From the sequence record SRR31156797_13477: 44,220 nucleotides of DNA. One strand, written 5' to 3'. The notes beneath the pieces are model-generated. The model was not told where the DNA came from, did no database searches, and worked only from the letters and a program-made list of their open reading frames with translations. The translations under genes were made by a program, and so were the position numbers. Within the stretch, counting starts at the first letter, position 1, and the number at the start of each line of letters is the position of its first letter. Shown here in pieces: positions 18,582 to 28,999 of the stretch.

Positions 18582-19097
18582 GTGTTCAAATTCATACTCT
18601 CCATATTTATCTCCATCGTATTTGTGAATCCTGCAAATCAAACAAATATTGATGTTATGAAAGCAATATTTGTGGGTAAGTTTTCAAGTTATACCGAATG
18701 GCCTGAATCAATGGACGATGAAATATTAAGGATTCAGGTGATTGGGGATAAAAATATGGCTAAAACATTTCAAAAAGTATTCAGAGATATTGATGCAAAT
18801 GGCAAGCCTGTAATAATATATTCAGAGTCAGATGGTTATAGCCAAGATTTCAATCCACATATAGTATTTGTAACAGGAAGAAAAAATATATCAGAGGTAA
18901 TAGAAAAAGTGCAAAATAAACCTGTACTTACAGTTACTGACGTGAAAGATGGGGCTAAAAAGGGAGCCATGATCAATTTAGTATTAATAGACAATAATAT
19001 AAAATTTGAAATAAACCAAAAAGCAATGCACAACAGTCCGTTGTATATTAATTATAAATTAAAAAATATTGCAATAAGGATTGTTGACCCACTTTAG
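18582..19097 (+). CDS. YfiR/DUF4154 family periplasmic protein
   Basis: Signal peptide; KAIFVGKFSSYTEWP, HIVFV, PVLTVTD, GAMINL, IKFEIN. Confidence 0.85.
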   Translation: MFKFILSIFISIVFVNPANQTNIDVMKAIFVGKFSSYTEWPESMDDEILRIQVIGDKNMAKTFQKVFRDIDANGKPVIIYSESDGYSQDFNPHIVFVTGRKNISEVIEKVQNKPVLTVTDVKDGAKKGAMINLVLIDNNIKFEINQKAMHNSPLYINYKLKNIAIRIVDPL

Positions 19098-19098
19098 A

Positions 19099-20955
19099 AT
19101 GAGTTGGATAAATAATATATCATTAAAGCACAAATTAATCGGATTAGTGCTAACGGTTACTATCACCGTTATATTAATTGGGTATTCTGTAGTTTTAGTA
19201 AGATTTGCCAAGGAGCAAGAACAAAAATTTAGGAATACGTTAATTACGAATGCAAGTCTATTATCTGATTATTGTGTAACTCCAGTGAGGTTTTATGATC
19301 CAGATGGTACGGTTGAAATATTAGAGAAAATAAAAAATTTGCCTGAACTTGTATCGGCTACTGTATTTGACCAGCGAGATAGTATTTATGCACATTTTAG
19401 CGATACAGCTCATAATAGTGAACTAGATAAGAATTTATTAGATACAATTCGAGCAGAGTTAAAATATAATGACAAATTATATGGGTGGCTGCAATTAGTA
19501 GCAAGCAAGGAAAATATTACAGATGAAATTAATCAATTCGCATTATCCAACGGAGGCTGGTTGCTTTTCTTACTTTTTGTTGGAGCAATTGCTGCTTATC
19601 GAATGCAGTTTGTAATTACCAGGCCTCTTGCTAAACTTAGTGAGGTGTCACGAAAAATTTCAATTGATGCTGATTATTCTATTAGGCTGGAGCGCGAAGG
19701 AAATGATGAAATATCATATGTTTACAGAGCTTTTAATGAGATGCTTCAGCAAATACAAAAAAGAGATAAAGCCCGGGATGAGTTTCAGAAAAATCTTCAA
19801 GAAGCCAAGGAAAGAGCAGAGCGTGCAGATCAATTAAAAACCAGTTTCCTCACAAACATGTCGCATGAAATCAGAACTCCAATGAATGCGATATTAGGCT
19901 TTACAAATTTACTGATTGAGGAAAACATTCCGAAAGAACAACAAAATGAGTATCTCAAAGTGATTAATGAAAGCGGAAATTCTTTGTTAAATCTCGTTAA
20001 TGACATATTGGATATATCAAAGATTGAAGCGGGCGAGATGACATTTGCAGAAGGTGTATGCAATATAAATGATTTATTACGTGAGTTACAGATATCATTT
20101 AATGAAATAAAAAGTCAAAAAGAAATATCTCAAGTAGATATTGTAATTGACAATCCTATTCGGGACCTTGATATTGACTTAGTTACAGATCCATACAGAG
20201 TACGACAAGTATTTGTTAATTTAATTGGCAATGCCCTTAAGTTTACTGATGAAGGAGCTGTAACTTTTGGAGTAGTTGAGTATAATCAACATCAGATTAA
20301 ATTCTATGTGAAAGATACGGGAATTGGAATTGAACAAGAGCTCCAGCAAGAGATATTTAAAAGATTTCAAAAGATTGATGGACAAAAAACAAGAATTTAT
20401 AGAGGTGCAGGATTAGGACTGGCGATAAGTAAAGATATTGTGGAGATGCTTGGAGGAGAAATTTCAGTTGAAAGTATACCATCACAAGGATCAACATTCT
20501 ATTTTACTTTACCAAATAAGGTGGCTACTGAGGAGCAATTAATACAAAGCGAAATAAAACCATCAAACGGACTATTGAATATTGATTTATCTGGTAAAAC
20601 AATACTTGTTGCTGAAGACGAACCAAATAATTTTATGTTCATTAATAAAATATTGCAGCGATTTAATGCTACAATATTATGGGCTCGAGATGGAGATGAG
20701 GCAGTGAATCATGTAAAACAGCAAGACTTAGATTTGATTTTAATGGATATAAAAATGCCAAATAAGGATGGTTATGAGGCTACTAAAGAAATTAAACAAT
20801 TGTATCCTAGCACTATCATAATTGCACAAACGGCTTACGTCTCAAATAATGAGGTTGATAAGTGTAGGGAAGCCGGATGTGATTATTACATTTCTAAACC
20901 AATTAACGTGAAGATATTGGCTGATACCATTAAAAAAGCTATGAAGCTTGATTAA
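19099..20955 (+). CDS. Hybrid sensor histidine kinase (periplasmic sensor, HAMP, HisKA, HATPase, REC)
   Basis: Two TMs; RPL..L..EGNDEI HAMP; FLTNMSHEIRTPMN; NLIGNALKFT, DTGIGI, GAGLGLAI; AEDE, LMDIKMP, KP; ATG at 19099. Confidence 0.95.
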   Translation: MSWINNISLKHKLIGLVLTVTITVILIGYSVVLVRFAKEQEQKFRNTLITNASLLSDYCVTPVRFYDPDGTVEILEKIKNLPELVSATVFDQRDSIYAHFSDTAHNSELDKNLLDTIRAELKYNDKLYGWLQLVASKENITDEINQFALSNGGWLLFLLFVGAIAAYRMQFVITRPLAKLSEVSRKISIDADYSIRLEREGNDEISYVYRAFNEMLQQIQKRDKARDEFQKNLQEAKERAERADQLKTSFLTNMSHEIRTPMNAILGFTNLLIEENIPKEQQNEYLKVINESGNSLLNLVNDILDISKIEAGEMTFAEGVCNINDLLRELQISFNEIKSQKEISQVDIVIDNPIRDLDIDLVTDPYRVRQVFVNLIGNALKFTDEGAVTFGVVEYNQHQIKFYVKDTGIGIEQELQQEIFKRFQKIDGQKTRIYRGAGLGLAISKDIVEMLGGEISVESIPSQGSTFYFTLPNKVATEEQLIQSEIKPSNGLLNIDLSGKTILVAEDEPNNFMFINKILQRFNATILWARDGDEAVNHVKQQDLDLILMDIKMPNKDGYEATKEIKQLYPSTIIIAQTAYVSNNEVDKCREAGCDYYISKPINVKILADTIKKAMKLD

Positions 20956-21714
20956 TTATTTCTTGGATTCTGGTTTTCTGAAAATTTTATATTTCGCAAA
21001 TCCAATTTTCTGGAAAAAGTACTTGAATGATACCCCAAGCACACCCATTCCATATTTGGCACTTCTCGATAAGTTTATTGATGAAGCTTCTTCGAAATAT
21101 TTAGTTGGGCAAGTTATTTCAGCTATTTCATAACCGGCAAAGAAGATTTGTGCCAACATTTGATTATCAAAAACAAAATCGTCTGAGTTTACATTATAAT
21201 CAATGCTTTCAAGTACTTCTTTTGAAAATGCTCGGTATCCAGTGTGATATTCACTGAGCTTCTGGTTCATCAAAATATTTTGAGTTAATGTCAATATTCG
21301 ATTGGCTACATATTTATACCAGGGCATACCTCCTTTTAAAGCTCCTTTCCCCAAAATTCTTGATCCAAGTACTACTTGATACAAGCCATTGGCAATCATA
21401 TAACACATGGAATGTATTAATTTTGGAGTATATTGATAGTCAGGGTGAAGCATTACAACGATATCGCTATTTAATTCTAAAGCTTTATTGTAACAACTTT
21501 TTTGGTTTCCTCCATAGCCTTTATTTTCATCGTGTTGTACAATATGATTAATTCCAAGTTGTTTGCCAACTTCTACTGTTTTATCACTACTGCGATCGTC
21601 TACTAATATTACTTCATCTACAATGTCGAATGGAATTTCGTTATAGGTTTTTTCAAGCGTTAATTCAGCATTATAAGCCGGCAAAACTATAGTTACTTTC
21701 TTATCGTTGATCAT
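20956..21714 (-). CDS. GT2 glycosyltransferase (polyprenol-phosphate glycosyltransferase-like)
   Basis: VLPAYNA, LVDDRSSD, NKGYGGNQK, HPDYQY, GSR, TGYRAF. Confidence 0.92.
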   Translation of the reverse strand: MINDKKVTIVLPAYNAELTLEKTYNEIPFDIVDEVILVDDRSSDKTVEVGKQLGINHIVQHDENKGYGGNQKSCYNKALELNSDIVVMLHPDYQYTPKLIHSMCYMIANGLYQVVLGSRILGKGALKGGMPWYKYVANRILTLTQNILMNQKLSEYHTGYRAFSKEVLESIDYNVNSDDFVFDNQMLAQIFFAGYEIAEITCPTKYFEEASSINLSRSAKYGMGVLGVSFKYFFQKIGFAKYKIFRKPESKK

Positions 21715-21726
21715 TTGCAAATATTT

Positions 21727-23364
21727 TTATTCAGGGTTTCGATAGCAAAAAACAAAACCATTTTTTTCACTATGCTTTAATAGTTTGGGATATTTATTTA
21801 AAAACTTATCGGCTTTATTGATTTTAAAAATCAGCCATGCTTTTTTGTCTATGTTACCATTCAGTAACCATCCATCATTCTTAGCTTTTGGATTAGTTAG
21901 TGGGTTTGTTTGTGCATAGAAATATTGAGCATAACTTTTAAAGCCTACGGGTTCTATGTAAACGTCTTTTCCTACTTTAGATTTATAAAATTCAATAACA
22001 GCTCTTTGAGAATAACCTTCAATTTTAGGTGTAAAAATGGTCATGGCAGCAAAGATGAAGGCTATTGATCCGGCGAAAAGCCAATAAAAAGCCTGATGAA
22101 ATGCTTTTCGATTCCAGTATCTTACAAAATATATGATAGTAGCTATTAGAATTAGAGCAATTGCTGATTCAAAGCCACTCCATTCTACATCGGCTTGCAT
22201 ATTAGCTTGGGCAAATTTATCTTTTATTATACCTGAGTTAGATATCTCTTTGGCATATTTACCAATCCAGGGAAATGCTGCAATTAAGATAACATAAAAG
22301 CCGGCAACGCCAACTATAAGCCATTTGAGCCAATTAGTAGGCTTCATTTTTCCTTCAAGTATTTGGTAAATAACATATGCCGCTAAATAAGTCAGCGGGA
22401 AATAGCACATCGAAGAATAATGTACAATTTTAGTACTAACTATGGTAAATAAAATGAGTACGGTCCAAAAAAGGATTATCATCATTAACCGCATTTTTTG
22501 CTGCAGCGTTTCATCGTATTTACGGCTAAATGATTTTAATGCGAATATAGAGGCAGGGAAAACGCCTATAAATAATATTACAAAATGATATAATAAAAAT
22601 CCACCATGGCCTGCACCTTCTTTACTGAACAAGTGAATTTGGTACTCAATAAAATCAACAATGATGTTATAGTTTCCATTTAATATTTGCAGAATAAACC
22701 AAAATCCTCCCACAAATGCGAGAACTACTGCATAAATAGCCACATCTAACCATTTAATTTTTACTTTAAATCTTTTAATAATTAAGTAAATACCAAACGA
22801 TAAGGCAAATATTAGAAATCCAACCGGGCCTTTAGTTAAAATAGCCAGTCCGATAAATAAAGCTGAAAGTATGCTAAACAGAGTTTTGGGAGCGTGTAAG
22901 TATTTCAATATAAAAAATACACCAAGAAAAATAAAGAAATTAAACCAGGGGTCAATAATACCGGATTTAAAATAGAAAAACGGTAAAAAGGAACCGGCAT
23001 ATACCAATACCCATAAAAGCCCGAAGCGTTTATTGTAAAGATGTTTGCCCATATTGAATAATACCAATAGGGTGATGATTCCACCTATGGCATTTGGAAA
23101 TCTAGCAGCAAATTCGTTTATACCAAATACTTTCATGCTAAGTACTTGCATCCAAATAAAAAGTGGGGGTTTTTCCCAAAAAGGCTCAAAATTTACTTGT
23201 ACTGTTAGGTAATTACCTGATACAATCATTTCTCTGGCAGATTCAGCAAAATTTATTTCATCCCAGTCAAATAAATGCACCTGACCCAGAAATGGAATAA
23301 AAAGAACTGCGCCAATTAGCGCAATCATTAACTGAATACCTTTGTCTGATTTTAAAAAGTTCAT
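21727..23364 (-). CDS. ArnT/PMT-family (GT-C) membrane glycosyltransferase
   Basis: DWDEINFAESAREM, WEKPPLFIW, NEFAARFP, LTKGPVG; about 12 TM helices. Confidence 0.9.
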   Translation of the reverse strand: MNFLKSDKGIQLMIALIGAVLFIPFLGQVHLFDWDEINFAESAREMIVSGNYLTVQVNFEPFWEKPPLFIWMQVLSMKVFGINEFAARFPNAIGGIITLLVLFNMGKHLYNKRFGLLWVLVYAGSFLPFFYFKSGIIDPWFNFFIFLGVFFILKYLHAPKTLFSILSALFIGLAILTKGPVGFLIFALSFGIYLIIKRFKVKIKWLDVAIYAVVLAFVGGFWFILQILNGNYNIIVDFIEYQIHLFSKEGAGHGGFLLYHFVILFIGVFPASIFALKSFSRKYDETLQQKMRLMMIILFWTVLILFTIVSTKIVHYSSMCYFPLTYLAAYVIYQILEGKMKPTNWLKWLIVGVAGFYVILIAAFPWIGKYAKEISNSGIIKDKFAQANMQADVEWSGFESAIALILIATIIYFVRYWNRKAFHQAFYWLFAGSIAFIFAAMTIFTPKIEGYSQRAVIEFYKSKVGKDVYIEPVGFKSYAQYFYAQTNPLTNPKAKNDGWLLNGNIDKKAWLIFKINKADKFLNKYPKLLKHSEKNGFVFCYRNPE

Positions 23365-23528
23365 TTTTGAAGCTTTTTTTGATGCCGCAAACTTACATAA
23401 AATTTTTGATTGTTGCAGATTAGCTACTTATACGAAGTATGGTTTAAATGATAATTAATTGAAGTTTTGTTGTTCTTTACTTTTCTATTGATTTAATTGG
23501 ATTTATTTTTGCCCAAGAAGAAAGTGAT

Positions 23529-24188
23529 ATGAAAAAAATACTTGAACAACAAAAGGGTTTTATATGGGCATTTGCCTTATGGATTATTTTTTCCAGTATT
23601 CTATTAGCACTGAATGATAAAATATTTTGGCAAATTTTGGCCAATGAAAATCATTCTCCTTTTTGGGACTATTTTTTCCGTTATTTTACATGGTTTGGTG
23701 ATGGATTGCTGATTGTGATAGTGAGCATTCTACTTATTTTTATTCGATTCAGATTAGCTATTTTATCTTTAATGAGTTATTTGTTATCCGGATTGTTTGC
23801 TCAGTTATTAAAAAGATTTGTTTTTGAGGATGTATTCAGACCGGCACATATATTTAAAGACCTTGATGTAGATTTAGTTCAAGTGTTGGATGTGGGGTTG
23901 AAAACCAAACATAGTTTTCCATCGGGTCATACAACTACTGGTTTTGCATTCTTTTTTGCCATTTCACTTTTATTTGCAGCGAAAAGGAATGGACTTCAAC
24001 TGATTTTGTTTTTTGGAGCATTTTTAGTAGGCTATTCAAGAATTTATTTGAACTTACATTTCCTAAATGATGTTTTAATGGGTAGTTTGCTCGGTTTTCT
24101 CACTACTTTTTTCCTTTACATTTGGATGCAAAGTTGGAATGCAAGTTGGTTAGATAAATCATTATTTGATTTAACAAAAAAGAAATAG
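23529..24188 (+). CDS. PAP2-family membrane phosphatase
   Basis: K..F...RP (C1), SFPSGH (C2), SRIYLNLHF..DV (C3). Confidence 0.92.
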   Translation: MKKILEQQKGFIWAFALWIIFSSILLALNDKIFWQILANENHSPFWDYFFRYFTWFGDGLLIVIVSILLIFIRFRLAILSLMSYLLSGLFAQLLKRFVFEDVFRPAHIFKDLDVDLVQVLDVGLKTKHSFPSGHTTTGFAFFFAISLLFAAKRNGLQLILFFGAFLVGYSRIYLNLHFLNDVLMGSLLGFLTTFFLYIWMQSWNASWLDKSLFDLTKKK

Positions 24189-24190
24189 GA

Positions 24191-24499
24191 ATGGAAGAAA
24201 AACTACAACAAATAGCAGATCAATTTAAAATTGAAAACGATATTATACATTTCTTGTTTTTAATTGGAATTCAGGAAAGTGGAAGAGGCTTTCGCGAGTA
24301 CTCCAAAGAAGAAAAAACTGATCTTATAGAATTAGGTGGAGCAACGGTGCTGGCTGATTTTGGATATTATGATAAAGTAGATACAAAAGGAAATGAACCA
24401 TACTATGTAGCCAATCCGGATAAAATGCTGCCCAATGACTTTGAGAGAGAAACACTTATTAAAAAAGGAATAATTGCTTATTTTAGTGATAAAATTTAA
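24191..24499 (+). CDS. Conserved hypothetical protein
   Basis: Operonic spacing; LFLIGIQE.G...YSKEEKTDLI motif recalled from Bacteroidota hypothetical proteins. Confidence 0.7.
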   Translation: MEEKLQQIADQFKIENDIIHFLFLIGIQESGRGFREYSKEEKTDLIELGGATVLADFGYYDKVDTKGNEPYYVANPDKMLPNDFERETLIKKGIIAYFSDKI

Positions 24500-24503
24500 A
24501 GAA

Positions 24504-25325
24504 ATGCGAAAATTAACTGTTTTAATACTGCTACTTGCAGGTCTTATTTTACAACTTAATGCACAGGACGCACGAAAAAAAGTGAAAATAACGACCCAAT
24601 TTGGTGATATTGTCATTGAACTTTATAATGAAACACCTCAACATAGGGACAACTTCATTAAGTTGGCAAAAGAGGATTTTTATGATGGGTTACTTTTTCA
24701 TAGGGTTATAAATGAATTTATGATTCAGGGAGGAGATCCGGATTCGAAAAATGCTGAACCTGGGGCAAGACTAGGAAATGGAGGTCCAGGCTATCAAATT
24801 CCTGCTGAGTTTGTTGATGGGTTGTTTCATAAGAAAGGCGCATTAGCCGCTGCAAGAGAACCTGATCGGGTAAATCCAGAACGTAAGAGTTCAGGCTCGC
24901 AATTTTATATTGTGCAGGGAAAAGTATGGACACCAGAAATTTTGCAAAAGATGCAAATAAAATTTGGACAGCGTCAGCTTCAGGAAGCTATGAATGCATA
25001 TTTTCAAGATCCTAAAAATGCAGAAACTTTGAATAAGGTTAAATCACTTCAGCAAGAGCAAAAATATGATGAGGTGAATGCAGTGTATCTTGAAGTTCAG
25101 AAAATTGTAGAAGCTGATCCTAATTATAAACCATATGAATTTACTGAAGCTCAAATAGAGGCTTACACTTCAGTTGGAGGAACACCTCACCTGGATGGAG
25201 CTTATACTGTTTTTGGGCAGGTAATAAAAGGGTTTGAAGTAATTGATGCTATTGCAAATGTTGAAACAGATAAAAGCAATCGACCAGTAGAAGATGTTAA
25301 AATGCAAGTTGAGGTAATAGAATAG
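24504..25325 (+). CDS. Cyclophilin-type peptidyl-prolyl isomerase, exported
   Basis: Signal peptide; TPQHRDNF, FHRVINEFMIQGGDP, HKKGALAAAR, SGSQFYI, PHLDGAYTVFG; ATG at 24504. Confidence 0.95.
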   Translation: MRKLTVLILLLAGLILQLNAQDARKKVKITTQFGDIVIELYNETPQHRDNFIKLAKEDFYDGLLFHRVINEFMIQGGDPDSKNAEPGARLGNGGPGYQIPAEFVDGLFHKKGALAAAREPDRVNPERKSSGSQFYIVQGKVWTPEILQKMQIKFGQRQLQEAMNAYFQDPKNAETLNKVKSLQQEQKYDEVNAVYLEVQKIVEADPNYKPYEFTEAQIEAYTSVGGTPHLDGAYTVFGQVIKGFEVIDAIANVETDKSNRPVEDVKMQVEVIE

Positions 25326-25355
25326 CTTTTATATAAAAATAGTTACAAGAAAGAA

Positions 25356-25385
25356 AGGGGCAATACTGTTAAAAGTAATGCCCCT
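25356..25385. terminator. Probable terminator between convergent cyclophilin and OsmC genes
   Basis: AGGGGCA...TGCCCCT stem with A-rich 5' flank. Confidence 0.55.
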
Positions 25386-25406
25386 GTTCCGTTCTAAATA
25401 TAAAGC

Positions 25407-25832
25407 TTATGATTCTATTATTTTAATTTCATGTGAAATAGGAATCACTTTTTTGTAAAAATCACTCACTCCACAATATCTGTCCTGACTTAAATTAACA
25501 GCTTTTTCTATCTTATCTTTTGGGAGGTCTTTTCCTTTAAAAGTATATACGATTTTCATATTGGTATAACTTACCGGATGTTCTTCGCCTAATTCTCCTT
25601 CAACATCTACATCAAAATCATCTAATTCGACACGCATTTTTTTAAGAATTGAAATTACATCCATTCCAGTACACCCAGCTAATGCTGCAAGCATTAATGG
25701 TTTTGGTCGTGGTCCACGGTCTTTCCCTCCAACTCTTTCATCAGCATCAATCATAAATTTGTGACCATTTACTTCTGCCTCAAAAGACATTTCACCTTTC
25801 CAGTTTATTCCTACGTTTTGTTTTTTTCCCAT
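25407..25832 (-). CDS. OsmC family protein (YhfA-like)
   Basis: GPRP..LMLAALAGCTGMDV and LSQDRYCGVS conserved Cys pair. Confidence 0.92.
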   Translation of the reverse strand: MGKKQNVGINWKGEMSFEAEVNGHKFMIDADERVGGKDRGPRPKPLMLAALAGCTGMDVISILKKMRVELDDFDVDVEGELGEEHPVSYTNMKIVYTFKGKDLPKDKIEKAVNLSQDRYCGVSDFYKKVIPISHEIKIIES

Positions 25833-25926
25833 GGTTATTTGTATTTTATTCTATTTGTTCAACAATTTAATTGCCTATGAGTTTACAAAGCCCATTCCAA
25901 ACATGTAAATATGTAAATATTTTAAT

Positions 25927-26631
25927 TTAATTTCTTTGTATATTATCTTCTTTGAAATGATAATTGATTGGAGCATTTGAGGTGGTGGAGTTATACTCAT
26001 CACCATAGCCTTCAAAATCAAAATCATCATCGTCGTTTATTTCATCTTCCTCGGTTTGACCATATATTTTATTTTTTCTCCATAAAATAGCCAAAATAAC
26101 ACCTGTTGCAGCGCCACCGGCATGTCCTTCCCATGATACATTACCTTCCTGAGGGAGTACACCCCAAATCATACTACCGTACATAAATACAATGATTAAA
26201 GCAAATGCTCCAAGGGTTCTTTGCTTCTTTAAAAAACCAAGTGTGGCCAGCATAAAGGCCAGGCCATATACAAGACCAGAGGCTCCTAAATGGCAACCGG
26301 GGCGACCAAAAGTCCAAATTACCGCAGCACTTACAAGCCAAATTGTCAGTAAAGAAGGAAATAACTTTTTGGGTAAGTAGTAAAAAGCTCCGGCTGTGAG
26401 AAAAAATAAAGGGGGTAGATTTGAAAGAAGATGAGAGATTCCACTATGAAAAAAAGGATATAAGAAAAGACCGTATAATCCTTTAACTTCACCGGGTTGT
26501 ATGCCCGGACAGAATTTATTCCCAAACAACTGTTGAATAAGGAACATTACGATCATTACAAAGCTCAGCATAAATGCAACATAAATGCTAGTTCGTAAAT
26601 GTTTTCCTTCTTCTTTGGTTGTTTTTTGCAT
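25927..26631 (-). CDS. Rhomboid family intramembrane serine protease
   Basis: H...HLLSN, GASG catalytic Ser, WEGHAGG catalytic His; acidic C-terminal tail. Confidence 0.92.
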   Translation of the reverse strand: MQKTTKEEGKHLRTSIYVAFMLSFVMIVMFLIQQLFGNKFCPGIQPGEVKGLYGLFLYPFFHSGISHLLSNLPPLFFLTAGAFYYLPKKLFPSLLTIWLVSAAVIWTFGRPGCHLGASGLVYGLAFMLATLGFLKKQRTLGAFALIIVFMYGSMIWGVLPQEGNVSWEGHAGGAATGVILAILWRKNKIYGQTEEDEINDDDDFDFEGYGDEYNSTTSNAPINYHFKEDNIQRN

Positions 26632-28898
26632 TACAAATATTTGGCAATTTTTCTTATCATTATATCTGCGTTTATAGGTTTAAATATAACCACATCAAAC
26701 AGTAAGGACAAATCGTTTGCCACTTCTGTTTGAGGTAATGCAGTATATGCCAAAATAGGTAAATCGGGGTTCTTACCTTTTATAATTTTTAATTGTTTTT
26801 TGTAGATACTAAAATTAGTTTATATATCAATTATTAGAAGGTCAGGTTTGTATTGTTCTATCTTACTGCTGAGCGCATTAAGATTTTGTTCAGCTTCAAC
26901 ATTTAAGTTGTAAATATTTAGTAATTCTCTTGTAAATTCCAGAGACTCTTGCTGAGTATCATAAACTAATATTTTTTTATTGGGAGGTGGTTTTATCTGA
27001 TCAGACAAATTGACTTTTTCTTTGGTTTCCTTAATCGGAATTGAAAATGTAAAGGTGCTCCCTTTTCCCTTTTTACTTTCTACATTAATTTCACCATTAA
27101 ACAGTTCTATGTATCCTTTTACAATGGCTAAACCTAATCCTTTTCCTTTTCTATGAAGGTTGTAATCATTTTTTATACTGTAAAAACGATTGAAAATCTG
27201 ATTGGTTTCTTCTTGACTCATTCCAATTCCACTATCTGAAACACTCCCAAGGAGACGTCCATTTTCTATCTTACAGGAGTAAGTTACAGAGCCTTCTTTT
27301 GTAAATTTGATAGCATTGCTGAGCAAATTAGTAAAAATTTGCAGCAATTTAGTTCTGTCACTTTTAATATGCTTAGTTTCAAATTTACAATTGCGCTCAA
27401 GTTTAATATTTGGCGAATAAAGTGTTTTTTCACTTTCAATTATTGAAGATACTTCATGCATAAATTCTTCAATATTAAATTCGTCTTCATCAAGTTTAAT
27501 ACTTCCTGATTGCAACTTGGAAAGGTCAATGAGGGAGTTAATTAATTGAAGCAAATATTGACCATTATCGCTGATTATATTCAAATACTTGAGCTGTTTT
27601 TCTCTGCTCATATTTGGTTTGATCTTAAGTAGCTGACTAAACCCGGAGATAGAGTTCAACGGAGATCTCAAATCGTGACTAATATTCGCAAGGAAATCAC
27701 TTTTTGCAGCATTGGCTTGATTTGCATTGTCCATTGCTTCCTTAATCCTTTTCTCATCTTCCAACTGTTGTGTTATATCCCTACTTAATGCAGATATTAA
27801 AGTTTTATCATGGAGGTGAATTGGGAATAATTTTGATTCCAGATATCTTTTAGAATCATTGCCGCTAACCCAATGTTTAACCTTTAATTCTGAAGTGCTA
27901 CTTGGCTTATTTACAATGTCTTGAACGTACTGCTTTACCGTGGCTTTTATTACCTCATTATTTTCATTATCCGAACTTATTTTTTGAAATAAATCCCAAA
28001 TATTACTACCGATAATTAGCTCACTTTTTAATCCTGTGTATTCCTCTGCTTTTGAATTCCATTGGATTATTTCTCCACCAATTTTAAATAATGTTACTGA
28101 ATCGGGTGATTGAAACAGAATGCTTTTGAAAAGTTCTTCAGAGGCTATTAATTGATTTTGTAGAAACTCTTTATTATTTATTTCTTTTATTAAACTCGTA
28201 TTTTTAGCTTTTAGTTCAGATGTTCTTTTTTCAATCATGTCTTGTAATTCATTACTATATGATTGAAGTTTCATGGATTGTTGTATGCTTTCAATTTTGT
28301 TTTTATATAATATATTACCATAAATCCAGGCAATGATCATTGTCCCAGGAATAATAGCAAAGTCAGTCACAATATCATGATGAATTGTTTCATATGATAG
28401 TTGTATGGTGGCATAAATCGTATACAATGCTAATAATAAAACAAAATGAATATTACCTTTCATTACAAAACCACCAGTCAGTATAAAAACTCCAGCAATT
28501 AGTGTTATGGCGCTTTGTTCATAGTCCTGTCCAGATACAAAACCAGTCCAGATTGCACCAATAAGTAAATATGTTACAATTAACCTGTTTTGAAAAATTA
28601 CTGAGGGAATTTTGTTTTGATGGATAATAAATAATCCGGTTATACTAGCCAGTACCAAACTAATATCTGCTATAAAGAATAGTATGATTAAGTTTTTCTT
28701 GTTCCATTCATCAAAAAAAATGAAATCAGTTGAAAGTAAAATCAAAGAAAAGAACGACATGAAATACAATAGGTATTTCAGTCGGTTATAGTTTGAGAAA
28801 GTTAATTGATTGTCAGCTAATCGCCGCTCATTAAAAGGCATGTCCAAAATGGGGTTCTTGAATTTATCGACGAGCGTATAAATAAGTTTTTTAAACAT
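26631..28898 (-). pseudogene. Hybrid histidine kinase (multi-TM, PAS, HisKA, HATPase, REC) with in-frame TAA at 26822-26820 splitting the REC domain
   Basis: FLANISHDLRSPLN, NLLSNAIKFT, DSGIG, GKGLGLAI; ORF stops at LLIIDI*, but the same frame continues 62 aa (…LPILAYTAL…FDVVIFKPIN…KYL*) to a stop overlapping the rhomboid ATG. The kinase core (692 aa) is intact. Confidence 0.75.
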
Positions 28899-28999
28899 GC
28901 CGTATTGTATTGGTTATCTGTAGTTTCAATTTGAATATACTACTGATACGCAAGAATAAGACAAACCTTTACGAAAAAGCTTTATATTTTGATTAACAT

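Noticed and set aside
24930-25160. Helical insertion in the cyclophilin domain
   Set aside because: Insertions at this position (after QFYIVQG) are, to my knowledge, usual in Bacteroidota cyclophilins.
25903-25920. ATGTAAAT tandem duplication
   Set aside because: Only two copies of an AT-rich 8-mer; expected by chance.
26820-26822. Genetic-code reassignment or programmed readthrough linked to nearby prfC/prfA
   Set aside because: TAA ends most genes in this window normally; a single internal TAA is better explained by mutation or sequencing error.
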